In this document: positions 1-13,670 of the stretch, one piece after another | Numbering within the stretch: the first letter of the stretch is position 1 | How the letters are laid out: each line of letters opens with the position of its first letter | Source: Chiloscyllium plagiosum | Lineage: Eukaryota | Assembly (NCBI RefSeq): GCF_004010195.1 | Contig: NC_057756.1 | Span: 3,959,232-4,023,231, forward strand | Direction of reading: 5' to 3' | Length of the DNA: 64,000 nucleotides | Position numbers and translations under genes: made by a program | The notes under the pieces: generated by a model | What the model was told of the DNA's origin: nothing | The model's input: only the letters and a program-made list of their open reading frames with translations | The model's database searches: none

Positions 1-1344
1 TACACATTTCACGAATTAATGAAAATCTCTTTTTTTTTAACTCAAAAATTGAACATCAGATAACACTGTTCACAACTTTAAGCCCCTCTTTGCCTTAACT
101 GCTCACTGTCTGTCTCCAACTACCTAAGAGTATGCTGATCCTCGAGGGCACATTACAATTGCATGAACCTAATTTCAAAAGTACACAGTTGGTGTCTTCG
201 TCTGAGTCATTATACTTCCTGCTGCTGATTTCCCGGAGTCATCTTCTGTCTTTTTTTGACTGAGATTATTTTTCAAATGCAAATGTACCTTTGAAAGAGA
301 ATGTTTACTCATTTCTTTTAGAACAAAATGTTTGATGGGCAAATAGCTCTTCATGAATTTCTTTCCCTTTGGCATTGCTCTTTCACCTATTTTCAAGTTA
401 TCTGTATTCTTGTTTCCCCACATTGGATCGTCTCATTAGTTCAATTTTGGCAAAAAACCTAAATACGCATTTCATTGCTTTTAGTACCATGAGATATAAT
501 TTAAATTAATTGGTTAAATTCGAACTGTTGTAAAAACACTAGCCAAAACTCAGGATCCGTTTCACAGGCAGTTATTTTCAATTTGTGATACAATCTGTAA
601 CTGCCAGTTAGTCCTATACACACGTGCAATAAGCTCTTAGTTAAGAACAACATTCTCTCTCTCTTAAAGTTAGTTTACATGCCTTCAAGTTTATAATGCA
701 ATCATTAAATGTCTCTTGGCCTGTACTGTGGTCAGAGCTGTTTAATTTCACTTGTTTCGTTGCTTTGTTGTCTGACAGACGTGTTCCTTCCAACATAGCT
801 TTCTTTGTCGTGGAAGTGTTGAGTCAGTTATCGCATGAAACGTTGACGATTCTGTTGCATAGCCTTCTGAAAATTATGTAATTTAAAGGTGTAGGATGGA
901 ACCAAAAGGGATAATGACAAACAGATTTTCTGAGTTGGCAAAGAAGCTGAAGCTTTAGAATGCCACACTTCTATTTTGTATATTGCGCTTTAACGTTCGG
1001 AATTTTTAAAGTGCCTCTTTGTTCACAGACCAGCACGTATTATTGATGAATCATGAACAAAATTCTTTCGAGTCTTTCAGACATCTTGTAATGTTTAGCA
1101 CATAAGTGCAGCCCATTAGTTATTATTTTGCCAAGATATCTCACCAAACAATGACAGCAGTCCATAAAGCATTAGAAAACCTCAGGAGATGACTCAAAGT
1201 AACTTAATGCAAAATAATTCAAAAATGCATCCATGCTACATCTCAATATTGCACATGCCAGCATTTAAAGTTACTGTTCAAAGAATATCGTTTTCAAATG
1301 CTCCGATCTCATGAAATATACTGTAAAAATCGGCTTTATTACAG

Positions 1345-1380
1345 AACTGAAGTCCTTGAATAATCGATTAAAGGATGCAG
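1345..1380 (+). CDS. 36-nt phase-1/1 micro-exon 1 of a coiled-coil gene, (E)LKSLNNRLKDA
   Basis: ctttattacag|AACTGAAG...GGATGCAG|gtgaga; open frame; hydrophobic residues at positions 2, 5, 9 and 12. Confidence 0.8.
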
Positions 1381-1499
1381 GTGAGATTGTGAAAACAGCA
1401 GCTTCTCGGAGAAAAGTTTAAAAGCTATGAATATGATGTTGTCTCCGATCCCTACATACCTGTGTCACTATCAAAGCAGGCATTATTTTTGCAAACGTT

Positions 1500-2610
1500 T
1501 CTGGGCCTTCGATCATGCGCCAAAAACTGAAATGAGGTGAGATGAAAGTGACAGCCCTTGATATCAAGCTTGGATTCAACTGAGCATGGCATCAAGAAGC
1601 CCCAGCAAAGCCCCACCTGATGCATACAAAGATTGGCGTGGTTTTCAAGATCAGCTGTCTCAGGTTCACGAGATCTCTACAAGAGTTTCTCACGATAGTG
1701 TCCCAGGCCCAATCATCTTCAGCTACTTTACCAATGACCTTCCCTGCATAATAAGATCAGAACTGAAGGTATTCACCGATGTTTCCACAATTCTCATCAC
1801 CATTCTTGATTTTTTCAGAGACTAAAACGGACCATTTTCAAGTACAACAAGATCTGGACAATATCCAGTCTTGGGCTAAGAATTAGCAAGTAATTTACGT
1901 GCCAAACAAATTCTAGGCTCTGATCATCACCAATATGCGACAGTTTCACCACAGCCCCTTGATATTAAATGGTGTTCCCATCACTGAATATGCACGGTCA
2001 ACATCGTTGGGGTTATCATTTTCCAGATACTCAACTGGTCTCACCAATTAAACACAGTGTCTTGAAGGTCAGGTGAAAAGTGAGGAACACTGCAATGAAC
2101 AACTCACCTCTTGACTCACTAAACCCTGGCAACGAGCTACAAGACACAACGGCAGCCCAAACAACATCCAAAAATCCTGGCTACATCCAGGATAAAGCAC
2201 TTAATTTTCACAGAATCTTCAAGAATCAATTCCCTCCACCCAAGAAGCTCAGTTTCAGCATTGTTCACTATCGGTAAGACGCATTGAAGAAATGAATCAA
2301 AGATCCTCAGCCAGCTAAATAAACCAATGACCAGTTCAATCGAGAAGGAAAAGGGCAATGGATATGTGGGAACACCAACATGTTCATGTTTCTTTTCAAG
2401 TCATTTACCATTCAGACATGGAAATATATCACCATTCCTTCACTGTCACTTGGTCAAAATTCTGGATTTCCTTCCCCAGGGGCATTGAAGGCCAACCAAT
2501 AGCAGGTGGACTGCGGTAGATCAAGAAGGCAACCGATCACCACTTTCTCAAGGGCAATTAGAGAGAGCAATAAATGTTGGTTAGCGAGCGACAAACATGA
2601 GTGAATATAT
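1500..2610 (+). mobile_element. Decayed LINE 3' fragment (CR1/L2 group), RT domain to tail
   Basis: ORF 1586..1825 contains VPGPIIFSYFTNDLP...VFTDVST, a decayed GSVLGP..F..FINDLP..FADD RT motif. Confidence 0.8.
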
Positions 2611-2970
2611 TTTTAATTAACGTTCAATCGCCCTTTACAAGTGAGCACATAGTGACAGTTATCTTTTAATGTCAAACTTTATTATAATCAATGGAAATTC
2701 TGGTGCCGTGCACAACATAACTGAACGCTGATTAGATACGTATTGTAAATGCCAGACAAAGTCATTCATATTGCATATCAAACTGTTCAAATTAGTAGAG
2801 GTTTGCCACATTCAGAGTGAAGGGAGACCAATGTAGGACTTTGATCAAGATACTTGGGATATACATAAACTAATTCAAGCATCATTGAAAAGTTAGATGA
2901 TGTTGCAAAGCAAAACAGTTAAAACTTGGACTGTGAAAATGAAAAATACTTTTTATTTCTGTACATACAG

Positions 2971-2997
2971 AGAGAAGACGCGATGAAGTTGAAGCAG
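2971..2997 (+). CDS. 27-nt phase-1/1 micro-exon 2, (E)RRRDEVEA
   Basis: ttttatttctgtacatacag|AGAGAAGACG...GAAGCAG|gttata; good acceptor, weak donor, purine-rich exon. Confidence 0.6.
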
Positions 2998-4410
2998 GTT
3001 ATAAAAAAAAGGATTCGTACTTTCATGTGAACTTTCCCTGAACATTTTATACAATTGAACATCTGTAGTTGTTTTGTTTATCACTCAGAGCATATGTGTG
3101 TTGTTTGTTTTTAGTAGTGCTAGGTAAAGGCAAGAATGATGGTGAGTTTAAATCATACGCTTTTCAACAATCCAACAAAGATGCAATAGATTTTCCATAC
3201 TTTAAATGTTTTCTAGTGCCTCTGTTTATTGAAGTACTCAAAATCCTTCCTCTGTGAAAAAAACTTCACTTTTATTAGAAACATGTTTCAAATTTTCACT
3301 CCTGCTAAGACTGTACACATATATTCACTTTAAGTAGTTTATTTATTTTCTTCTTATTTGGCTGTCTTTTTCTTGTATTAATTTGCTAGTAGTGTCATGA
3401 CATATCTTGCTCACTCCATCCACTCACCGTGCACTCTGCAAAAACAATTGCACACAAGCGACCAATTTTCAGAAACTGGTGAAATCACATGTAACGTGGA
3501 CTTCCAGTGATTCTTCATTGCACAATTAATGAATTCTATATAGCACATTAAATGACACTTTGCCTCGGTAAATCCAATATTGTAACCATGACCTTTTAGA
3601 GACGTTGATTTTCTGAATGACGGGATTTTGTGTTCAAATGCGACTCATCTAATATCAATGTAGAATGGGAGATTTGAAGTGTTAATTATAGAAACGATTG
3701 AGATTTTCCTTTTAACAATGCACTATCATTGTCTTTCTCTTACTCACCTATTCAAACGTCTTCTAAACCATATGTATGGTATTTTCTTACAGTTCACTCG
3801 CTGGCATGATGTCTTCTTGTAAAGTCTGATGTCTGGTTCTTATCTTATAACACTTCTTTGATATGTTGTGAGATTAATTTTACTAAAATAAAAGCATCAT
3901 TCTGAAGGGAATTATTGAATTGAATGTTTGAAAAGTTTGTTGGGACTGTGAAGAAAATCGCCTGTCCTAACATATAGTCAACTGGTATAAAACTTACAGC
4001 CTGCAAATTTGGAAACTACAGTCTCATATGTAGCTCTAAGACTAAACCGTCAAAGAAACGAGTATAATCTGTAATTTTGTCAAGTTCAGGCAGCCAGCAT
4101 GAATATATGTGATTTGTGATGTTACTCTTACTACTATCCTTGGTTCTATTTTAGCACTGAAAATAACATCTCAGCAATCTATGTAGATTGTATAACAATA
4201 GCTGGGGGTAGCTTTCAGAATTTGTGTTCTTTTCGCAAATAACAAATTAGCTAGGTGCCCTTTATTTAGAAGTATAACGACAACAATTACAATAAGAAAC
4301 AGGTCGTGTTTGGACTATATTTGAACACTGCACAATTTGCTATTCCAGTTCAGCTTGCACATGATGAAAATATCAGAAATTCTTCTAAATTGACTCTGTA
4401 TTATTTTCAG

Positions 4411-4437
4411 ATCAACGTTTCAGAGAGTTACTCGCAG
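4411..4437 (+). CDS. 27-nt phase-1/1 micro-exon 3, (D)QRFRELLA
   Basis: gtattattttcag|ATCAACG...CTCGCAG|gtaaaa. Confidence 0.75.
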
Positions 4438-6711
4438 GTAAAATATTGAACTTAATTATCCCATCATACACTATATAAATGTTTCAGCGGCGACTGTACA
4501 ATGTGGAAACCCAGAAATTCCATTCAATCACTACAATTGCCATTGTGAAATGCAGAACGAATCGACTCAGAATGCAATTTTGAATGCACTTAATAAACGT
4601 AACTTTTGTGTTCAGATTAACAACTTGAGCTGCGGCTCTTTTAACTTTCAGGATGTATGAATCAATCATCATTAGGTCAACATCAAAACTGATGTCTGTA
4701 AAAATGCTTCGTGAAAATGTAAATGTTTAAACGTAATCACTTGGCTCTGTTATGACGAATACATTGGTGATTATCAGAGACATTATCACAGATAACGGGT
4801 TCTTGTACCTAAGTGGAATGGCTGGCAGTTTCTAGGATGTGGAGTATCTTGTTGAGGATGCAGGTACCGTCTGGTAGAACCGAATGATTGTTGTTTCTTT
4901 GTTTGCATTCAGACATTTTATATTTCCTTTTGCATGATCTGTTTTACTTGCTGAGTGCTGCATGCTCATAATCCACATTCAAAGGAAAGTACCTTTTTTT
5001 AAACTTGCCTCAATATTCCAGAAGCATAATTCATAAGTATTCAAGAGTTGCTTTCTAATACATTTTTTTAAAAAACATGTTCACTAACAGTGCTCTCCTT
5101 CCATGCAGACATGGACAAACAATGCATTTATTTAGCTTGCTTTCTACCAGTTCGTTAAAAATCTATATATTTTTTTGAAGTTGTTTAAACTATTTTGGAC
5201 TTGACGCCTTGAATCAAAACCTCCCTCCCCCCCACCCGACCCCACCTCAGGGATTTTGTTGGCATTATCAAAATTCTGTATCGATGCCGTAGAAATTTTG
5301 TTGCTGCTGTTGTCGAAACTTCAGAACGGAATATGACATAGAATATAAAAGAAAAGCGAATATTTTGCACATGCTCTACTTTCATAAATCAGGCAGCACG
5401 GACAAATTCACAAATATTTCTAATGAGCTATATTTTAATGTTGGAGATGAACAGAAACAAAATTATTAAATGGTATAGAATTTGAAATAAAATATTTATT
5501 TAAGAAGGAACAAAAGAGATGTCGAGCACAGGACCAGACCCGTCTGATCTCCAGATCTGTGCCGTTTAAAATCGAACATAGAGTATACAAAACAGAACAT
5601 CGAATAGAACAGAACAGAACAGCACCTTTGGCCGTGGATGTTCGCTGAAATTTTGTCCTACTCTAAGACTGAAATAATATAAATAAACCCTTATTTTACC
5701 ATCTTACATATGCCAATCCAAGAGTTGCTTAGATATCCCTAATGTGCCTGATTCTACCACCACTGATCGCAGTGCCTTCCATGCACCCAACACTCACTGC
5801 ATAAAGAATCTACCATTGATATTTCCCCTAAATGTTCCTCGAACCACGTTAACATTTTTCCCCTTTTTGATATCCATTTATGCCCTGGGGAAACGTCTCT
5901 GACTACTCACTCTAACTGTATTCCTCAACACCTTGTACACCGCTATCACGTTACGTCTCACCCTTCTTTGCTCCAATCAGAAAAAAAAACGTAGCTCGCT
6001 TAATATTCCTTCATAAGACATGCCTTCCAGTCCAGGTAGAATACTGGTCTATCTCTTTTGCACATTCTCTGAAGCGTCCAGGTCTTTCTTAAGCTGAGGG
6101 GACCAGAACTGAATACAATGTTCAAGTGTGCTCGAACCAAGGCTCTGTAGAGCTGCAGCATAACCTCGCGGCCATAAAACTCAATATCACCTCTAATGAA
6201 ATCCAACATACCATACGCCTTCTTAATAATAGTATAAACTTGGATGGTATCTGTGAGGGATCAATGGACATGGAAACCAAAATCACTTCCTTCTTCAAAA
6301 GTTCCAAGAATCCTGCTTTTACGCTTGTATTCAAATTCGAGGTGCTGAAATGAATCACTTGACACTTTTTCAGTTTGAACTGCACCTACCACTTCTCAGA
6401 CCAGCTCTGCATCATGTCAATGTGCTGGTATAAATAACAACAGCCCTCCACACTATACACAACTCCCCCAAACTTCGTGCCATTGGCAAAATTACTAAGC
6501 CTAACTTCAACCTCCTCATGCAAGTCATTTATTAAAATCACAAAAAGCGGAGTTCTCAGAACAGATCCACTTTGAACGCTGCTGATGATAAAGCTCCAGG
6601 CTGAATACGTCCTATCTTCCACCATCCTCTGTCTTCTATGCTGTATCAAGAAAGCCAAATTTCCATGAATCCCATTTCATAATTACTTTTTGAATGAGCC
6701 TATCATACGGG

Positions 6712-6935
6712 AGGAGAAAGTGAGAACGACAGATGCTGAAGATCAGAGTTAAAAAGTGTGTTGCTAAAAAATCACAAACTGTCAGGCAGCATCCGAAGAG
6801 TAGGCAATTCGACGTTTCGAGCAGAACCTCTTAATCAAGAATATTCGTGATGAAACTATGCTCGAAACGTTGAATCTTCTGCTCCTCAATGCTACATGAT
6901 CGGCTGTGCTTTCCCAACAGCACACGTTTTGGCAC
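6712..6935. mobile_element. Older diverged copy of the palindromic Penelope-related short element
   Basis: Starts AGGAGAAAGTGAG..CAGATGCTG like the copies at 7313 and 54235; imperfect inverted arms around cgtttcgagca / tgctcgaaacg. Confidence 0.8.
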
Positions 6936-7312
6936 TACCATGTTGATGCCACAGCCACTGCTGTACATTCATCAATGCGTTTCTTCACATCCTTAAAGTC
7001 TTCAATAAGTTATGTAGTGCCTGCACTGCTCATTACAAAGCCATGCTGACTATTTCTATCAAATAATTGTTTGCCAAGTAATCATAATTCCTGTCTCGAA
7101 GAATTATCTCCAATAAATTGTGCACCATAGACGTAAGACTGACTGGTTTGTAATTCCTAAGATTATACTTTTTCCCTCTTTTGAACAAGGGGATAACACT
7201 TACCACAGTCCATTAATCTAGCAGCAATACAGTAGGTACTGAGTATACAAAGATAATTGCCAAAGGCAATGCAATGTCTGCTTCCTTTCACAACCTGGGA
7301 TATATCCCATAT

Positions 7313-7525
7313 GCTGAAAATGTGTTGCTGGAAAAGCGCAGCAGGTCAGGCAGCATCAAAGGAGCAGGAGAATCGACGTTTCGGGCATGAGCAGGTTTCC
7401 TGAAGAAGGGCTCATGCCCGAAACGTCGATTCTCCTGCTCCTTGGATGCTACCTGACCTGCTGCGCTTTTCCAGCAACACATTTTCAGCTCTGATCTCCA
7501 GCATCTGCAGTCCTCACTTTCTCCT
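7313..7525. mobile_element. Young palindromic non-autonomous element (Penelope-related) with hammerhead motif
   Basis: 80-bp inverted arms 7313-7392 and 7410-7489 with 2 mismatches by eye; flanked by ATCCCATA at 7304-7311 and 7528-7535. Confidence 0.85.
7397..7432 (+). ncRNA. Minimal hammerhead ribozyme motif
   Basis: CTGAAGA-A-GGGC-tcat-GCCC-GAAA-CG-TC: CUGANGA box, 4-bp stem II, GAAA box and GUC cleavage triplet. Confidence 0.65.
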
Positions 7526-8469
7526 AGATCCCATAAGGCCAAGTTGACCTATCTATCCTAATGATTTTTCATGTTACTCAGCACATCATCCTTCTTCACA
7601 TCAACCTGTTCGAACATATCAGTTTGTCTCACGCTGTACTCATGAAAGTGTATGTCCCTCTCAGTGATTCATGAAGCGAAGTATTCATTACGGACATCCG
7701 CACCTCCTCTGACTCCCGTTACAAGTTTCCTCCACTATCCTTGATCGGCCCAACCCTCACTCTGGTCGTCCTCCTCTACCGCAAATAAGTGTAGAATGCT
7801 TTCAGGTTTTTCATATTGCTATCCACTTATGCTTTTTCACAACCCCTTCTAACTCTCCTTCGTCCATTGTTCAGTTCCTTCCTGGATATCTTGTCACCCT
7901 CTACAGCTCTGTCTGATCCTTTCCTCCTCAAACTTATGTAACGTTCCTAATTCCTCATGACTAAATGTTCTGCATCACTTGTCACCCAAGGTTCCTTCCC
8001 TCTGCCATTCCTTCTTTGCCTCAGTGGGACAAACCTATCCAGCAAACGCAGCAAAAGCGTCCTGAACATCTCCATATTTCTGTCATGCATTTCCCTGTGA
8101 ACATCTGTTCTCAATTTACCCACTCCAGTTGCTGCCTAATAGCATTGTATTTCCCCAGTTTTCCCTCAATCAAAAACATTCTCAGACTGGATGGGCCTTT
8201 TCCTCTCCGTGACTATCATAAAGGTCAGGGATTTGTAATCACTGTCAGTGCAATGCTCTCCCACTGAGAGATCTAACACCTGGCCTGGTTCGTTGCCAAG
8301 CACCAAATCCAAAATGGCCTCCCCTATAATCAGACGATCTACATATTGTGTCAAGAGACATTCTGGACACATCTAACAAAAACTACTCCATTCAAACTAT
8401 TTGAAGTATCATGCTTTAATTGAAAACAAAAACTGCCCTTATTCTCTCCATAGTCCTCTATTCACTCTC

Positions 8470-8800
8470 TGTTCGGTTATACATCCAAATGCCTATTTAA
8501 TGTCGCCATATGCCAGCTTCCATGACCTCTTCTAACAGTGATTTTCAGGCACCCTCTACTCTCTGCGTGAAAACTGTTTGTGCGCACCTTCCTTAAACAT
8601 TCCCCATCTCTCAATGAACCTGTCCCTCTTGTAATTGAATTTTCAAATCTGGGGAAAAAGATTCTTCTACCCCCTCTACCTATGCCTTTTGTAATTTTGG
8701 AGACACGTATCAGGTCTTCTCTCAACCACCTTCTTTCCAGTCAAAATGATTTGATTGTTTTTAGACTATCTTCATCGCCATTACCCTCATGATCCTACTC
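8470..8800 (-). mobile_element. CR1-type LINE 3' fragment
   Basis: ORF 8477..8725 REDLIRVSKITKGI..FFPR..SITRG resembles the CR1 ORF2 C-terminus. Confidence 0.75.
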
Positions 8801-9198
8801 TGCACTCTCTGCAAAGCTTTACGAGCAGTATTCTGTAGACGACACTGGTAACTGCTTCCTCAACGTCTCAGTACGTTTTGTTCCGTCATCAATCAGGCAA
8901 GAGAATTGTTTACATCTCTGTGGAGGAAATGGCGAATGACCACATCCTTAATAATCAAGGAAGCAGAAACTGTTGGAGCATCACGTGAACCTTTATCTTT
9001 TCCTTATAGTCAATTGCATTCAAGGCACTGCAAATGGATGTCAGTCAGGATGAGAAATGGTGGAATTATTATGCTGCCACTATCTTTGACCATGTCTGTA
9101 TAAATTGCATCCTTTAATAACTAATCTATTTCGCAGACAGCAAATACATAAAACACAATAACCTTGACAATACACACAAATGTTCATATTCCTGACAG

Positions 9199-9234
9199 AA
9201 AATCAAAAGTTGAGAGAGGACCTGAGAGATGCAG
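9199..9234 (+). CDS. 36-nt phase-1/1 micro-exon 4, (E)NQKLREDLRDA
   Basis: tcatattcctgacag|AAAATC...GATGCAG|gtgagt; consensus donor; same GATGCAG end as exon 1. Confidence 0.85.
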
Positions 9235-12200
9235 GTGAGTAACGCAATGTGTTTTTTTTTTATGTGAAGATTGATGAAAGAACTCCTATTACTTATTGTT
9301 ATTTTGTTGCATATTTACAGTTCACAGGAGTGTTTATGATAAACCTTTCGAGATCGAATTAAGTTAATATCAGAAGCACTGCAAAACCAAGATTTCTGTT
9401 CAAAGGGTGGCAAAAGTGAATTATCGTTATGACCTATCTCTGGCTGACATTTGTTCGATGTCTTCTGGCAATGCTACCTATCGTTTATGTGCTACCTGGT
9501 CTTTAATTATTCAATTGTTTCCTGTGTATAGTCAAAGATGGAAAGTGTAAAGAATGCGTACAATGAAGTGTACACCATAAACAATATTCATACCAAAAGG
9601 CCGAGAGCATTGTATGCTTTCTGCACTGAACATGACGAATGGCTGAGAATCATGATAGGTGGTGTTAGCTTGGTTATTGGTAGATTGTGAAAACATCTTA
9701 TGCAGCAGGTCATCTGTGATCTTTAAAATATCCAGCCAAGGTATTTCAGTTTAATATGCAAGCCAACAAACGTCAGCTATGTCAAATCTTCTGCTTGTGA
9801 TGATCATTCAGTTTCCACTATTCTCTATGTGCTGTGATGTGTGCACGGGAAATATGTTTGATAGAATAATATTGCATGTGCATATATTACTCTGTAGACG
9901 TTTACTATTAGTATGTTTCTAAATAGTAACACTTCACAATTGTATCAATGTGTGCAAGAAATTACTTAAAATTGGTGATGCGTAATTATCACAGAGAAAA
10001 GCAAAGTTTAAGAGAATGTTGCTGCCTGTTCCTCATGTTTAACCAAATTAATTACAGACCTGTAGGTCAGAATGTGTCATAATCCTGAACATTATACAGT
10101 AAAAATAACAATAATAAGTTTAATTCTATTGATCATACATTAATTAATACTCTATTAATACGGTATTGTCAGTGATTTTATATGAAATTGTTTGAATGGG
10201 ATTGTCGTGCATTCTTCACTGTTCCAATGTATCTGAACAATTTTTCCTGCTTACGTTGCCTACATCGTTTTTGATATTGAAGAAATATAACCAAACGCAT
10301 ATCAATGTTGTTTTCTGCAATGTAGTTGGCTAAATTGTCAATCTCAATGAGATGATACGGATGCATGAAGAGTCAATGGGTAGGCATGATATTATCTGAA
10401 GTTCAGACAAAATGGGTGATGATCGCGATTTCTTAGTAAGCTATACAAATATAATAGTACTAAACAAATGCAGGGAGAATGCTCAGGAAATTTAAAAAAA
10501 GAGAATGTACACTGTGCCAATTGTCCGACTCCTGCTGTTTTTCTTTCAAAAGTTCATGACATTTTTCAACCTTGATTGAATGTGATCCGCAAACTTTCTT
10601 TTTGATACTGTTAAAATGCTGCAATAAGAAGTCGAAAATAATCTGGGATTGGTTATTTTTTCTAACAACACTTCATTGCTCCATAATTGTATGCACAATC
10701 AATGCAAATTGGGTCCCCTCACCATAATTAGCTGCTGTTTTTAAAATCTAGATTATGTTCAATGTCGTATGTAGTAAGGAAACTATCTCTTCTCTTTCTC
10801 AAACTAAATTATTGCGTTTATATTTACGGATTCAAATTTGTTGTCTATGATGGTCCTACTGCACTATACCATGCAGCATTTCAACATGTATAAAACGGAA
10901 GTCTTATGCCCCTGTCAAGAAAATTGACAATTTTCTTTTGAAGTTTTACTCAAGGCTCTGCATTGTTCATATTGCTTCCAAGTATGATCTTATGCTTTTT
11001 TATTGTTAATTATGCCAGAGGATAACAATATTCTAAGTATTTATCTAAGGGTCTCAGGTCTGTCTAAGTTTAATATAAAAATCCTAAAATAACCTTAATT
11101 TCCATGGGAGAAACTTAATAAAACAATTCCCGTTAGTTCAAATATTCATTTTGATATTATTTCTGATCTTATTAGTAGCAGCGGGATGACATCAAATGGT
11201 GCAATGTCTAACTAAACCGATACTGTTTCTTCTTAACAAATTGTGCAAATGTGCGCAGGATTGTGAATATTCGGCAGAATGGTTACTATTAAACGTCAGC
11301 TCACACGCAAATTTACAAATTACTTTCTATCTTAACGGATATGTGCTTGTATCAGTTCTTTACTTTTCAAGATTGTGTACGTGTGAATCTCAATAGCTCT
11401 CTGTCCTTAAGAAAATAGAAGGAATTTTCAAGAGCTCTGTCTGATGTCTATAGCATTACCATTCGTATTTTGCTCAACAAATATAATGGATATCACCTTG
11501 TCTTTGAAGCATGTCAAGTTTTTTTTTCCAGTCAGTCAATGGAATATTTCCCCTTTTCAAAAGTTCGGAAACGTCTTCATATACATAGAATCTGCTTTTT
11601 ACTCTTCTTGTTGCACAAATGAGTAACGTGCATTCTGAGTCATTTTCAGACTCCTGTGTTTGTTTCTGCCGCATCTCTTGTAAATTTATCCCTTAGTAGG
11701 ACGTTAGGACTTACATTAGGTCAGTTTATCGACTTCATTCATTTACATCCTATGTTTATCACAACAGATTTCCACCATCTATTAAATATTTATTGGACAT
11801 TGTTCTCCTTTGAATCATCACATTAACATCTGTCATAAGCATGCTTTTCTGTTTTTCATTAAGAGCACTATTACTTTCGATTCGTGAAGCTCTGGGGATT
11901 GTGCAATTTGTAATGTTGGATTTATTTTATATATGCAGCTTATTGTATTCTACTGTATAAATTATGAAAATCATCCACATTTTCACAATCATTGCCAATG
12001 TATTAAGTCAACGAAACATCTTTGTATTCCTGACAGAGTTTAAAAGCGAAAGTTTTCATGTGTGACTCGAACAGACATGAGCAATTCTCAGTGTGGCTTT
12101 TACGATTTTTATCAAAATAAAATCACTTACATTGGCTGTTTTTAAGTTATGGGTGTGAAGCGAGAATAAATAAATGACGTTAATATATTCTGACATGTAT

Positions 12201-12699
12201 GCCACTAGACAGTTATTTGTGGATCATATTTTGAACATTCGGCTCAATTATTCCATGACAAGGCAGGGATGCTAACATATCACACATATCACACTTTCAT
12301 ATTTTGTCAGTCACTGAAAGTCTCCTCTCGTTTTTCCCCTTCGACTTCCAGTGGGGAAAAAAAAGAACTAATTTGTCTATACTTTTATGATTCTCATTGA
12401 AAGCAGTTTCTATTTCAGTGTGCACTGCATAATTACTTCCATATCGTGCAACTTCTTTAAGCATAGATAAAACATTATAAAAAAATCAAACACCTGTTGC
12501 TTCTGTCACTTCTGTTCTGAACGTAACACAGATCCAAAATTTAAAACCATAACATTGAACTAAAAAACGTCCGAAAATCCATTGCACATGTCATGTCTTC
12601 ACACGATGCTTAGAACACGATGCAAAGACGCTTAGAACATTCCTGAAATATGTGGAGAAGAAATGGTTATACCTTTGGTTGAGGTCTACCAAATTATTC

Positions 12700-13670
12700 T
12701 TTGCAAAAAGATCGTAATAACTCACGACACGACCAGACACAATAGCAACCATTCCCTAAACCAAACACATATAAGAAATAACTATCTGATAACTCAGTTT
12801 CTATAGGATCCTAATTGCACACAAAGTAGTAAACACATTTCAACAGTTCATAAGAAAGGTTAAAGAATCATGCCCCACATCCAACAGGACCAACCTTATC
12901 TACAAGACATCCTGCAAGGATTGTGAAAAACTAACATAGGACCAACCGGAAGAAAACTCACTTTCGAAGTGCATGAATATCAACTCGCAACTGAAAGCAG
13001 GACCAGTAGTGGGCGGCACTGTAGCACAGTGGGCGGCACGGTGGTTAGCACTGTTGCCTCACAGCGCCAGAGACCCGCGTTCTGTTCCCGCCTCATGCGA
13101 CTCTCTGTGTGCAGTTTGCACATTCTCCCGACGTCTGCGTGCGTTTCTTCCGTGTTCCTCCCACAATCCAAAAAATGTGCAGGTTAGGTGGATTGGCCAT
13201 GCAAAGTTGCCCGTAGTGTTAGGTGAAGGGGTAAATGTACGGGAATGGGTCTGGGTGGATGGCGGGTCAGTGTGGACTGGTTGGGCCGAAGGGCCTGTAT
13301 CCACACTGTAAGTAATTTGAAAAAAAAATTGTTGATTGTTATTTCCAAACACACAGATAACAACGTAAACGAATTCAACTGGGATAATGCAAACATCTTA
13401 GCACAGGCAAAAAAGAGACACATGAAAGAATACCTTGAAGCCTGGCATTCTAACCGTAACTGAATCAAAAACAACATTGAACCCGACGCTACACACAATC
13501 CACGGAGATACAGAACAAGAAGTACCAAAAAAAGAGATATGTATATACCAGACAGGGCAGACCCACCAACACTTTATCGTCAACACAACTGACGATGTCA
13601 TCTGGCAAGGCAATTAAAACATCTGCAGAAAAACACAGCAGCTCGGCAATTACATTTATGACCTCATTCC
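12700..13670 (+). mobile_element. Decayed Penelope-like element, GIY-YIG endonuclease region and terminal repeat, interrupted by a SINE
   Basis: NRTNLIYKTSCKDC../IGPTGRKL near 12883-12960; FNWDNANILAQAKKRHMKEYLEAWHS after the SINE; degenerate hammerhead-like motif near 13588-13625. Confidence 0.85.
13011..13328 (+). mobile_element. HE1-type tRNA-derived shark SINE
   Basis: tRNA-like head GTGGTTAGCACTG.TGCCTCACAGCGCCAG, body TTTGCACATTCTCCC..GGATTGGCCATGC, LINE-like tail GGGCCGAAGGGCCTGT followed by an A-run. Confidence 0.9.

Larger units (their letters stand above)
5575..8410 (-). mobile_element. Decayed CR1/HER1-type LINE, endonuclease to 3' tail, with two nested short elements
   Basis: Minus-strand peptides VQSGSVLRTPLFVILINDL..FANGTK, LQLYRALVRAHL, and LTQYVDR..GEAILDLVLGNEPGQV; tail of tandem agaac-like units near 5590-5620. 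Confidence 0.9.

Noticed and set aside
175..423. 82-aa minus-strand ORF, K-rich
   Set aside because: No recognisable domain; in-frame stops lie between it and the nearest acceptor-like site; likely chance or repeat-derived
3748..3901. Minus-strand segment bounded by good acceptor and gtgagt donor
   Set aside because: Stops in all three frames and no partner exons seen; at most non-coding
4836..4863. 28-nt segment DVEYLVEDA ending GATGCAG|gtaccg like exons 1 and 4
   Set aside because: Phase 0 to 1 would frameshift the array and the pyrimidine tract is poor; could be a decayed exon copy but is unsupported
12037..12072. Acceptor attcctgacag identical to that of exon 4
   Set aside because: No GT donor at a frame-preserving position before an in-frame TGA
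13011..13095. tRNA-like sequence
   Set aside because: SINE head with an internal duplication, not a functional tRNA gene
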